Notes under the pieces: model-generated | What the model was told of the DNA's origin: nothing | The model's database searches: none | Seen by the model: the letters and a program-made list of their open reading frames with translations, nothing else | Part shown: positions 34,028 to 42,127 of the stretch, piece after piece | How positions within the stretch are numbered: the stretch's first letter is position 1 | Layout of the letters: the number at the start of each line of letters is the position of its first letter | Assembly: GCA_040757655.1 (NCBI GenBank) | Contig: JBFLWV010000058.1 | Span: 1-63,288, forward strand | Direction of reading: 5' to 3' | Length of the DNA: 63,288 nucleotides | Source: Patescibacteria group bacterium | GTDB taxonomy: Bacteria; Patescibacteriota; Patescibacteriia; 2-02-FULL-49-11 | Position numbers and translations under genes: made by a program

Positions 34028-34762
34028 CTACTTTAATAATTTTTCACTGAGGGAGACAAATAGTCCATCAGGGATCATGAGGCTCATGCGATAGAGCGTG
34101 GTGGAGAGAAGAGGAAAGTAAGAGAGCTCCTTTGGTGCCTTAATCCTCGTTACAATATAGCGGGCAGCATGGGTGGGTGTGGGAGTGAGGAACGATTTCT
34201 TTCCCTCCCACATGGCGGTGGCAATGGGGCCGAAGATGATTGTAGAGAATTGAATATGTTCACTACGATAGCGCAGTGCAAGACTTTTCATCGCCGTGAG
34301 CAGTGCTGCTTTACTGGCAGGGTACCCTGCGCCGCGCATACTGCCGCGGTACATTGCCATGGAGCCGAGCGCGATGAAGTGGCCTTTGTGTAGTTGTACA
34401 TAATAAGGGAGAAGCGCGTTGATGAAGTTGAGAACCCCATAGAGGTTTATTTCAACGATAGTTCTAAATTGTTCAAGATTGAATGCTGGATGAATATCAT
34501 CAGGAAAGATGCCGGCGCCAAGCACTGCGGTGTCAGGAAGCCATTGTCGTGCGGCGAGGTCGTGTATGAATTGCTCGACCTTTTCTTGGTTGGCGACGTC
34601 GCACGCACGAGTAATGAATTTGGGTGAATGAAGTTCTCTCTGTAGCGCGTTGAGCTCTTGTTCGCGGCGGGCAATACCGATCACCTCATGACCTGCAGTG
34701 ACGAGTTGAACGACAAGCGCGCGGCCAATGCCTGAGGAAGCGCCGGTAACAAGGATGTTCAT
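34028..34762 (-). CDS. short-chain dehydrogenase/reductase
   Basis: ILVTGASSGIGRA Rossmann motif and YPASKAAL catalytic YxxxK. Confidence 0.85.
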   Translation of the reverse strand: MNILVTGASSGIGRALVVQLVTAGHEVIGIARREQELNALQRELHSPKFITRACDVANQEKVEQFIHDLAARQWLPDTAVLGAGIFPDDIHPAFNLEQFRTIVEINLYGVLNFINALLPYYVQLHKGHFIALGSMAMYRGSMRGAGYPASKAALLTAMKSLALRYRSEHIQFSTIIFGPIATAMWEGKKSFLTPTPTHAARYIVTRIKAPKELSYFPLLSTTLYRMSLMIPDGLFVSLSEKLLK

Positions 34763-34802
34763 AATGAAGAATTTAGAAGCTTGAATCTAGAAGCAAGGAT
34801 AT

Positions 34803-35756
34803 TCAATCGTCTCCAACTATTCCATATTCTTTATTCCTGATTCCTATCAACTCAAGTACTTTCTCGCAGATTTGTTCCGGATTCAGCCCGTGCTTCCCCC
34901 GCAGGTAGATTTGCGTGCCAATGGTATCTGGGAATGAATCGAGCACGCCGATGCGCTTGAAGCGAGGATGAAAAGGAGATTCTGCGAGCACTTCCGCGAC
35001 CGCACTCCCTAAACCCCCAAAGATGGAATGTTCTTCCAAGGTTACGATGGCAGGAAGGCGTTGTGCGATGTCACGCAGGAGTTTAACATCCAATGGTTTA
35101 ATGGTATGGATGCTCACCAGCATGGGAGATACTCCTTTGGCTTTGAGCAACTGTACGGTTTGTGAGGCCCCTTCCAGCATGGTGCTAGTGGCAATGAGTG
35201 TAACATCTGTCCCCTCCTCAATGATGATGCCCTTTCCTACCGTAAACACCGTACCAGGTTTATGTACCGTTGGCTCTCCCCGTTTTCCGAGACGCAGATA
35301 CGTGGGGCCGGGGAGGTTCGCAACAGCACGCACTGCTTCGCTTGTTTCCCATGGGTCGCCAGGACATATGACGGTCATGCGGGGAAGGGTGCGCATGATA
35401 CTAATATCTTCTATCGCATGGTGGGTCGCGCCGAAATAACTGTAGCTGTAACCGCCGCCCACACCAACAATATTCACGTTGAGATTTTGGTAACAGAGAT
35501 CATTTCTAATTTGTTCAAAACAGCGCATGGTGGCAAAGGGAATAATGGAATACACATAGACGATTTTCCCTTCAAGCGCGAGTCCTGCCGCAACCCCTAT
35601 CATGTTTGCTTCTGATACGCCGATGTTGAGGTAGCGGTCAGGATATTGTACCTTAAATTCATCAAATACGTTAAAGCCCAGGTCTCCTGTGATGACCATG
35701 ATATGGGGGTCTTCATGCACTAACTCCGTGAGAGTTTTTACGAAAGCATTACGCAT
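34803..35756 (-). CDS. transketolase C-terminal (pyrimidine-binding) subunit
   Basis: MRNAFVKTLTEL...GVSEANMIGVAAGLA...TLEEHSIFGGLGSAV. The start ATG at 35756 overlaps the upstream stop (ATGCGTAA). Confidence 0.85.
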   Translation of the reverse strand: MRNAFVKTLTELVHEDPHIMVITGDLGFNVFDEFKVQYPDRYLNIGVSEANMIGVAAGLALEGKIVYVYSIIPFATMRCFEQIRNDLCYQNLNVNIVGVGGGYSYSYFGATHHAIEDISIMRTLPRMTVICPGDPWETSEAVRAVANLPGPTYLRLGKRGEPTVHKPGTVFTVGKGIIIEEGTDVTLIATSTMLEGASQTVQLLKAKGVSPMLVSIHTIKPLDVKLLRDIAQRLPAIVTLEEHSIFGGLGSAVAEVLAESPFHPRFKRIGVLDSFPDTIGTQIYLRGKHGLNPEQICEKVLELIGIRNKEYGIVGDD

Positions 35757-36576
35757 ACCTTTGATAGAGTTCACATATCCCGTCCTCAACTTGTTGTGAT
35801 GTTGGGGTGTGATAATGCCATTCGAAATCATTTTCCATAAAGGAGACTCCTTTGCCTTTAATGGTATGGGCGAGGATGAGCGTGGGTTTCCCATATTGGA
35901 GAGGAAGATGACTGAAGGCAGTGATGAGCGCAGAGAAGTCGTGACCATCAAGTTCCCTCACCTCAAAACGGAAAGCGCGCCATTTGTCGGCGAGAGGCTC
36001 TAAGTCCATAACCTCCGCAATTCTGCCATAACTTTGGATTTTATTGTAATCAACAATGGCGATAAGGTTATCAAGCCCAAAATGCCCTGCGGAAAGGGCC
36101 GCTTCCCACGTAGATCCTTCGTCGCACTCCCCGTCAGAGAGCAGAACGAATACCCGTGATTGCGGCTGATCTTTTTTTAAGGCAAGCGCCATGCCGACGC
36201 CGATGGAGAGGCCGTGTCCCAGCGATCCAGTGGAAGCCTCAATGCCTGGCATAGCGGTGCGGGTCACATGACCAGCAAGTGCACTCCCATCTTTGATGTA
36301 GTGAGTAAGGATATCGGGTGAGCAAAAGCCACGCTTTGCGAGGGTGACATAGAGTGCGGCCACCCCATGCCCCTTGCTCATGATGAAGCGGTCGCGCTCG
36401 CTCCATGGTGGATTTTTAGGATCGATGCGAAGCGTGTGGAAATAGAGCGCGGTGAGAATGTCGATGCAAGAGAAGCACGATCCCACATGGCAGGATTTGG
36501 CGTCCGCAATTATACGCAAGGTCTCTTTTCTGATATCACGTGCGAGGTGAGATAGTTCCTGAAGAGTGAGCTTCAT
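35749..36576 (-). CDS. transketolase N-terminal (TPP-binding) subunit
   Basis: HVGSCFSCIDILTALYF...SKGHGVAALY...GSLGHGLSIGVGMA...LLSDGECDEGS. Confidence 0.85.
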   Translation of the reverse strand: MKLTLQELSHLARDIRKETLRIIADAKSCHVGSCFSCIDILTALYFHTLRIDPKNPPWSERDRFIMSKGHGVAALYVTLAKRGFCSPDILTHYIKDGSALAGHVTRTAMPGIEASTGSLGHGLSIGVGMALALKKDQPQSRVFVLLSDGECDEGSTWEAALSAGHFGLDNLIAIVDYNKIQSYGRIAEVMDLEPLADKWRAFRFEVRELDGHDFSALITAFSHLPLQYGKPTLILAHTIKGKGVSFMENDFEWHYHTPTSQQVEDGICELYQRYA

Positions 36577-37580
36577 ATTTTTTGCGCAATCAGATAAAAA
36601 TTTCCCGCAGGGATGGTGAGCTTTATTTCACTTAATTTAAGTATGGTGAGGAATTTAAGGACTTTCTTTTTAAGCGGTAAAGGAAGCGGGATGAGTTCTA
36701 TCCAGTGGCGAATAGTATGCGTGTTCCAAGCCGCACCCGTTTCTAACACGCGGAAATGGTGGAGAGAGAGAAGCTCAGTGATGGTTTTGATGCTAAAAAG
36801 AAATGGGTGTTCAATGTCAATGATGGGGGAAGATGCTCCCAAAGCGCGATTCGTGAACGCATCCCAATTGTGACTGATCATGAGGGCGATGCCTCCTGGT
36901 TTCAAATGTTCGTGAACTGTGTCGAGGCAGCGCGCAGGGTCGTCCATATGGTCAATAACTTGGAAAAGGCACGCATAGTCAAACGTGGACGGAGGAAAAC
37001 AATCGCAGTGATATAATCCTTGGATGATGTGTGGTTGCAATTCGGGATCGGCAGCTGCGATTGCGTGAGTGCTCGGCTCCACACCCTTCACTTCATTTAA
37101 TCCTATCCTGCGCGCTTCGGCAAGGAAGAATCCGTCACCGCAGCCGATTTCAAGAAGTGAACCCCACACCATGGCCTTAACGGCCGGAGGCCTTAAGGCC
37201 TGAATGCTCCGCGTTGGCATCGCACATTCCTCCTCGGATTTACACCCAGGGCTTCCTGTGGTGCGGGGTGATCCTTTCGCATTGCCAAAATGCAAAGCGC
37301 GGGCAAGATAATGGCGGTACGTGGCGATGAGACCGGGTTTATCCGCCTCATAAGTTATCCTGCTTCCTTCGTACAACCGAGCGAGTTCTGATGTCTCAAG
37401 GATAGGATTCGCGCGTACCAAACCGCATCGGGTGCAGCGTACCATCCGATACCTGATGCGGTCAGGGAGACGCCGTGCAGAGAACGTCGCAGTGGTTAAA
37501 TGTTCATGGGTAAAATTTGCTTCGTAGAGAAGTGCGTCGTATTGGTTTGTGTTGCATATCGCACAGATGGTGGTTCGCAT
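36573..37580 (-). CDS. class I SAM-dependent methyltransferase with N-terminal Cys4 zinc ribbon
   Basis: CAICNT...CTRCGLVRANP, then LLEIGCGDGFFL (motif I). Contains a palindrome-derived insert. Confidence 0.7.
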   Translation of the reverse strand: MRTTICAICNTNQYDALLYEANFTHEHLTTATFSARRLPDRIRYRMVRCTRCGLVRANPILETSELARLYEGSRITYEADKPGLIATYRHYLARALHFGNAKGSPRTTGSPGCKSEEECAMPTRSIQALRPPAVKAMVWGSLLEIGCGDGFFLAEARRIGLNEVKGVEPSTHAIAAADPELQPHIIQGLYHCDCFPPSTFDYACLFQVIDHMDDPARCLDTVHEHLKPGGIALMISHNWDAFTNRALGASSPIIDIEHPFLFSIKTITELLSLHHFRVLETGAAWNTHTIRHWIELIPLPLPLKKKVLKFLTILKLSEIKLTIPAGNFYLIAQKI

Positions 37581-37633
37581 GGTCTCATTATATGGTATTT
37601 AATCGTGGGAGAATAGGGTATTATGCCATAGAA

Positions 37634-37730
37634 TGTAGCGTGGTAGTGTATCTACCACATCGGGTCGCAGACGAGCCCTGTAGAGCTCCCCCCGGTGGGT
37701 GATTCTACGGGGCGAACTGCGACGCTACAG
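37634..37730. repeat. REP/BIME-like mosaic hairpin element, copy C
   Basis: TGTAGCG-TGGTAG-tgtat-CTACCA...GTCGCAG[GCCCTGTAGA...TCTACGGGGC]CTGCGAC-GCTACAG. Lies in the divergent promoter region between the methyltransferase gene and ileS. Confidence 0.8.
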
Positions 37731-37796
37731 TGAAGAAATGACGTATTTGATTTATAATGGTTTATTCGATACGCTATATTCAATAATATTACTTTT

Positions 37797-40700
37797 ATGG
37801 ATTTTTCGAAAATTGAATTAGAAATATTGGAGTGGTGGCGGAAGAACAGGATATTCGAGAAATCACTCGCAAAACCCTCATCAAAGGGCGATTTTGTGTT
37901 TTATGAGGGGCCGCCGACCGCGAACGGCAAGCCCGGCATCCACCATGTCATTTCGCGCGCGTTCAAGGACATTATTCCGCGCTTCAAGACCATGCGCGGG
38001 TACCGGGTGGCGCGCAAGGGAGGATGGGATACGCACGGGCTCCCGGTTGAACTGGAAGTAGAAAAAACGCTGGGGTTGAAGAATAAGAAGGAGGTAGAGG
38101 CGTATGGCATTGAGGCGTTCAATAAAAAATGCCGCGAGTCAGTATGGAAGTACAAATCAGAGTGGGAAAAATTTACCGAGAGGATGGGGTTTTGGCTTGA
38201 TTTGGAACACGCCTACGTTACGTATGAGGGATCGTATGTAAATGGCCTTTGGGGGGTCATGAAGAAATTCTGGGAACACGGGCTTCTCTATGAGGGACAT
38301 AAAGTAGTGCCCCATTGTCCGCGTTGCGGCACGGCGCTGTCGAGCCATGAGTTGGCGCTGGGTTACCAATCCGTAAAAGATTTGTCACTAACGATTAAAT
38401 TCGAAATCCTAAATCCTAAATCCGAAATAAATTCAAAATTCCAAATTCCAAATGACGGAAAAGTGTTTATTTTATCTTGGACTACTACTCCTTGGACGCT
38501 GCCGGGGAATGTGGCGCTCGCAGTTGGCAATGACATTATGTATGTCATTGCAAGAAACAAGAAACAAGAAACAAGAAACAATGAATATGTGATAGTCGCG
38601 AAAGATCGGTTGAATATTTTGGAAGGTGAATACGAACCCATTGCAGAAGTGAAAGGGGATGACTTAGCCGGCTTGGAGTATGAACCATTATTCGATATCC
38701 CTTCGTTGAAAACAGATACCTCTTATAAAGTATACGCAGCTGATTTTGTAAGCACTACAGAAGGTACTGGCGTGGTACACACGGCAGTGATGTACGGGGA
38801 GGATGATTATCAGCTGGGAACAGAGGTAGGTCTCCCAAAAGTTCATACTGTGGCAGAAGATGGAACATTCAAGAGGCCCGAAATCCCAAATCTCAAATCC
38901 AAAATCCAAAATGATAGTAATATTATGGAAGAGCTTGAGGGGAGATTTGTGAAAGATTCGGAGACGGAAAAATTGATCATTGGCTACCTTGATGAGAAAA
39001 ATTTAATCTTAAAGAAAGAACTCTACGAACATGATTATCCTTTCTGCTGGCGGTGCAAAACTCCTTTGTTGTATTATGCTAAACACAGCTGGTTCGTGGC
39101 GATGTCGAAATTGCGGAATGAATTGATTGAAGCGAACAGTCACATTCATTGGGTTCCTGATTACATCAAGGAAGGGCGCTTCGGCGAGTGGTTGCGGGAG
39201 GTGAAGGATTGGGCGTTTTCCCGCGAACGTTATTGGGGCACACCACTCCCGATTTGGCGATGCCAAATCGGGAAATCCCAAATCCCAAATCCCAAATCCC
39301 AAATAATTTCAAATGACCAAATACAAAATCCAGAAACAGTTGGTGGATGTGGCAGAGTTGAAGTGATCGGCAGCGTGGCGGCACTGGTTCAGAAATCGAA
39401 ACTGAAAAACCGCTATATTTTCATGCGGCATGGGGAAGCGCGTTCAAATGTTGAGAACACCAATAATGCAATAGTATCCAATTCAGATAAATATCCACTC
39501 ACTGACAGAGGGAGGGAGGCAGTAAAGGCTTCTGCGCAACAGGTATGTTCAGAACATATTGATTTCTTAGTTGCCTCTGATTTTGTCCGTACACGTGAGA
39601 CCGCGGAGATTATTGCACGAGCAGCAGGGATAGAGATACGTTATGATGAGCGGTTGAGAGAGTTTCAGACTGGCCTAAAGTATGAAGAAAGGCCAGATCA
39701 AGCATTTGCATCGCTCTTTAGCAGTACTGCAGAACGATTTACGAGAAGAGAAGAAGGAGGAGAACTTTTGGGGGAAGCACTCATACGCATGCAAGCAGTG
39801 GTACGGGATTGTGAAGAACAGTATGAGGGGAAGATCATTGTCATCGTTTCACACGGCGATCCGCTCTGGGTGCTTACCTGGGCGCTTGCGGGAAGCCCGG
39901 GGACTTTAGATGATTTTCCGTATCCGCAGTTTGCGCAGCCCATCATGGTTGATCATGGGGTATTTTTAACAGACGAGCATGGAGAACTTGACCTGCATCG
40001 GCCGCGAGTGGATGAAGTTGAGTTTCCGTGCACGTGCGGCGGTACGATGCGGCGGGTCGCAGAAGTCGCGGATGTATGGTTTGACTCTGGCGCTATGCCG
40101 TTTGCACAATATCCGGAGAATATACAAGCGCTGATCAACGCAGATACAATTCACAATACTTCTGCGTCTATCCGCGTAGATAATCAGCGTAAATCCGCGT
40201 TGTGGCAGTTTCCGGCTGACTTCATCTCTGAAGCGATTGACCAGACGCGCGGATGGTTCTACACCTTGCTCGCAGTGGCGGTAGCGCTTCAGAAAGGTGC
40301 GCCGTATAAAAACGTCATCTGCCTCGGCCACGTCTTAGACGCGAAGGGCAAGAAGATGTCCAAATCCTTAGGGAACATCATTGTTCCGGAAGAAGTATTT
40401 GCGAAGTACGGTGCTGATGCGGTGCGTTGGTACCTCTATACTATGAATGATCCCGGGCTCCCTAAGCGGTTTAATGAGAAAGAGCTGGGGGAGGTAGTGA
40501 AGAAGTTTTTCATGATATTATGGAACGTTGTGTCGTTTCATGCATTGTATCCTCCACAACAAGCTTCCGGCTTACAACTTACGGCTTCACCCTCAAATGT
40601 GTTAGATCGTTGGATTTTGGCTCGTTTGAATCAATTGACGAAATTTGTCACTGAACGGCTCGACGCCTACGACATCACCCCGGCAGGGCGTGCGATTGAA

Positions 40701-41453
40701 GAATTCGTGACCGATCTTTCCACGTGGTACGTGCGGCGGAGCAGAGAGCGCATGAAAGCAGGGGATGAGGAGGGGAGGGCAACACTCAAGTATGTGTTAG
40801 CTGAATTGTCCAAATTAATTGCACCGTTTGCACCCTTTACCGCAGAAGCGCTGTGGCAGAAGCTTACCGCGTCTGGTTTGCGGCATAAGGCTTCAGTGGA
40901 ATCGGTGCATCTGGCTGAGTGGTCGGAGGCAGGAGAAATTGACGCAGAAGTGGTTTCCTTAATGGATATGGTGAGAAAGATTGTGGAAGCGGGGTTGGCG
41001 GCGCGCGCAGAAGCAAAGATGCCCATCAGACAGCCGTTGCAGAGCGCGAGAGTCGCTATACAGAGAACAATGAGCAATGAACAATATATCGAGTTGGTAA
41101 AGGATGAATTGAACGTGAAGGAGATTGTAGTTGGAAAAACAGAAGGGTCGATGAGTGTAGAGCTTGATACCAATTTGACGGAGGAGCTCAAGCTCGAAGG
41201 CATGAAGCGGGAGTTTGTGCGCGCAGTGAACAATTTGCGTAAACAGTCAAAGCTCACGATTAAAGATCGTGTACGATTAGAAATAGTAGATTGTATTGAG
41301 GTACAGAAGTTAATGAGAGAATATAAAAATGAACTTTTCCACGCTATATTAGCAAAGGAGATTACATCTGTAAAAACAGTTACTACTACCAGTCGGTCAA
41401 TAGTTGAGCTTGGTGGTGCAAAGGTCGAGTTTGGTATAGACGTGATACAATGA
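37797..41453 (+). CDS. ileS: isoleucyl-tRNA synthetase (type 2) with inserted histidine-phosphatase-like domain and several repeat-derived inserts
   Basis: PPTANGKPGIHH (HIGH), WTTTPWTLPGN, KMSKSLGN (KMSKS), DVWFDSG. 1218 aa. Insert with FMRHGEARSN...SHGD at 39405-39983. Confidence 0.95.
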   Translation: MDFSKIELEILEWWRKNRIFEKSLAKPSSKGDFVFYEGPPTANGKPGIHHVISRAFKDIIPRFKTMRGYRVARKGGWDTHGLPVELEVEKTLGLKNKKEVEAYGIEAFNKKCRESVWKYKSEWEKFTERMGFWLDLEHAYVTYEGSYVNGLWGVMKKFWEHGLLYEGHKVVPHCPRCGTALSSHELALGYQSVKDLSLTIKFEILNPKSEINSKFQIPNDGKVFILSWTTTPWTLPGNVALAVGNDIMYVIARNKKQETRNNEYVIVAKDRLNILEGEYEPIAEVKGDDLAGLEYEPLFDIPSLKTDTSYKVYAADFVSTTEGTGVVHTAVMYGEDDYQLGTEVGLPKVHTVAEDGTFKRPEIPNLKSKIQNDSNIMEELEGRFVKDSETEKLIIGYLDEKNLILKKELYEHDYPFCWRCKTPLLYYAKHSWFVAMSKLRNELIEANSHIHWVPDYIKEGRFGEWLREVKDWAFSRERYWGTPLPIWRCQIGKSQIPNPKSQIISNDQIQNPETVGGCGRVEVIGSVAALVQKSKLKNRYIFMRHGEARSNVENTNNAIVSNSDKYPLTDRGREAVKASAQQVCSEHIDFLVASDFVRTRETAEIIARAAGIEIRYDERLREFQTGLKYEERPDQAFASLFSSTAERFTRREEGGELLGEALIRMQAVVRDCEEQYEGKIIVIVSHGDPLWVLTWALAGSPGTLDDFPYPQFAQPIMVDHGVFLTDEHGELDLHRPRVDEVEFPCTCGGTMRRVAEVADVWFDSGAMPFAQYPENIQALINADTIHNTSASIRVDNQRKSALWQFPADFISEAIDQTRGWFYTLLAVAVALQKGAPYKNVICLGHVLDAKGKKMSKSLGNIIVPEEVFAKYGADAVRWYLYTMNDPGLPKRFNEKELGEVVKKFFMILWNVVSFHALYPPQQASGLQLTASPSNVLDRWILARLNQLTKFVTERLDAYDITPAGRAIEEFVTDLSTWYVRRSRERMKAGDEEGRATLKYVLAELSKLIAPFAPFTAEALWQKLTASGLRHKASVESVHLAEWSEAGEIDAEVVSLMDMVRKIVEAGLAARAEAKMPIRQPLQSARVAIQRTMSNEQYIELVKDELNVKEIVVGKTEGSMSVELDTNLTEELKLEGMKREFVRAVNNLRKQSKLTIKDRVRLEIVDCIEVQKLMREYKNELFHAILAKEITSVKTVTTTSRSIVELGGAKVEFGIDVIQ
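38403..38452 (+). repeat. in-frame heptamer-unit repeat in ileS (AAATCCT/TTCCAAA)
   Basis: GAAATCCTAAATCCTAAATCCGAAATAAATTCAAAATTCCAAATTCCAAAT encodes EILNPKSEINSKFQIPN. Confidence 0.9.
38551..38580 (+). repeat. in-frame (CAAGAAA)4 repeat in ileS
   Basis: CAAGAAACAAGAAACAAGAAACAAGAAACA encodes ARNKKQETRNN. Confidence 0.9.
38878..38912 (+). repeat. in-frame heptamer repeat in ileS (AAATCCN)
   Basis: CCGAAATCCCAAATCTCAAATCCAAAATCCAAAATG encodes PEIPNLKSKIQN. Confidence 0.9.
39264..39332 (+). repeat. in-frame heptamer repeat in ileS splitting the zinc-knuckle region
   Basis: CAAATCGGGAAATCCCAAATCCCAAATCCCAAATCCCAAATAATTTCAAATGACCAAATACAAAATCCAG encodes QIGKSQIPNPKSQIISNDQIQNP. Confidence 0.9.
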
Positions 41454-41722
41454 ACTATATGACTAAAGAAGAAAATTTTAGTATCGAGGAGGAAGCAGGT
41501 GAATCTATCGTGTTACTTCCCTGCAGTGGTTTTGAACAAGATGGAACTCCTAACGGACACGTATATAAAGTGGTTAAAAGAAATGACAGAGGTTCCCTAT
41601 ACCCAACTGGAGAATTTCTTCCATTGCTAGATGCACAAAGTAAATATCCTATGAGCACTGTCTCAATGAGTTCTTCTTATTATCCAGAATGTAAAAGGAA
41701 AGTGGAGAGCTTGGATGGATAA
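41450..41722 (+). CDS. hypothetical small protein, start overlaps ileS stop (ATGA)
   Basis: 90-aa ORF, AT-richer than its neighbours. No recognisable motif. Confidence 0.35.
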   Translation: MNYMTKEENFSIEEEAGESIVLLPCSGFEQDGTPNGHVYKVVKRNDRGSLYPTGEFLPLLDAQSKYPMSTVSMSSSYYPECKRKVESLDG

Positions 41723-41730
41723 CTATAATA

Positions 41731-41860
41731 TGTAGCGTCGGAGTTCATCTCCGACATCACGTCTGTAGCGTCGCAGCTTGCCCTATAAATCACCCACAGG
41801 GGAGCTCTATGGGGCTTGTCTATGACTCAATCGATCGGGTGGCAGACAGGCTGCCACGCA
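41731..41860. repeat. REP/BIME-like mosaic hairpin element, copy D
   Basis: TGTAGCG-TCGGAG-ttcat-CTCCGA...CTGTAGCG-TCGCAG[inner loop is the reverse complement of copy C]...GTGGCAG-acagg-CTGCCAC. Confidence 0.8.
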
Positions 41861-42054
41861 ACCATTTGATAGTACCCAAGGGATTTAATTCATCGTATCG
41901 GAATTTCAATGTTTGAAATTCCGACAGCACTAAAGCCTGCGGGCTTAGTGCTGGACTGCGTTAGGCAGCCAGCCAGATACGACCCAGCCTCTTTCGCAGA
42001 AAGGGGCTGCCCCGCAGGGGAGTTAGTGCCCGAAGGGCCTAACTGGCGCTATTA

Positions 42055-42076
42055 TGGCTCTTTTAAGCCATTTTTT
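42055..42076 (+). terminator. terminator-like hairpin plus T6, copy 1 of a duplicated ~26-nt sequence
   Basis: TGGCTCTTTTAAGCCATTTTTTGTT. Confidence 0.5.
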
Positions 42077-42091
42077 GTTTGGCTACCCAAA

Positions 42092-42119
42092 TTGACAAAG
42101 TATGCAAAGTATATATACT
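42092..42119 (+). promoter_or_regulatory. sigma70-like promoter of the antitoxin/PIN operon
   Basis: TTGACA-N16-TATACT. The ATG at 42128 is only 8 nt downstream of the -10 and has no SD. Confidence 0.6.
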
Positions 42120-42127
42120 ATACACAT

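Noticed and set aside
37581-37796. Replication origin at the minus-to-plus strand switch
   Set aside because: Gene orientation diverges here as it would at oriC. However, I see no TTATCCACA-type DnaA boxes, no AT-rich unwinding repeats and no dnaA/dnaN nearby. A few hand-sampled 60-nt blocks show G>C on the plus strand on both sides, so no skew flip is evident. A cumulative GC-skew plot of the whole contig is needed.
39264-39983. Intein or mobile ORF inside ileS
   Set aside because: There is no Cys/Ser/Thr at the N-junction, no His-Asn plus Cys/Ser/Thr at the C-junction, and no homing-endonuclease motifs. The insert has histidine-phosphatase motifs and is better explained as a domain insertion.
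41909-42127. N-terminal 73 codons of ORF 41909..42445
   Set aside because: The region consists of stacked hairpins, a terminator-like sequence and a good promoter (TTGACA-N16-TATACT). The antitoxin-like sequence begins at ATG 42128.
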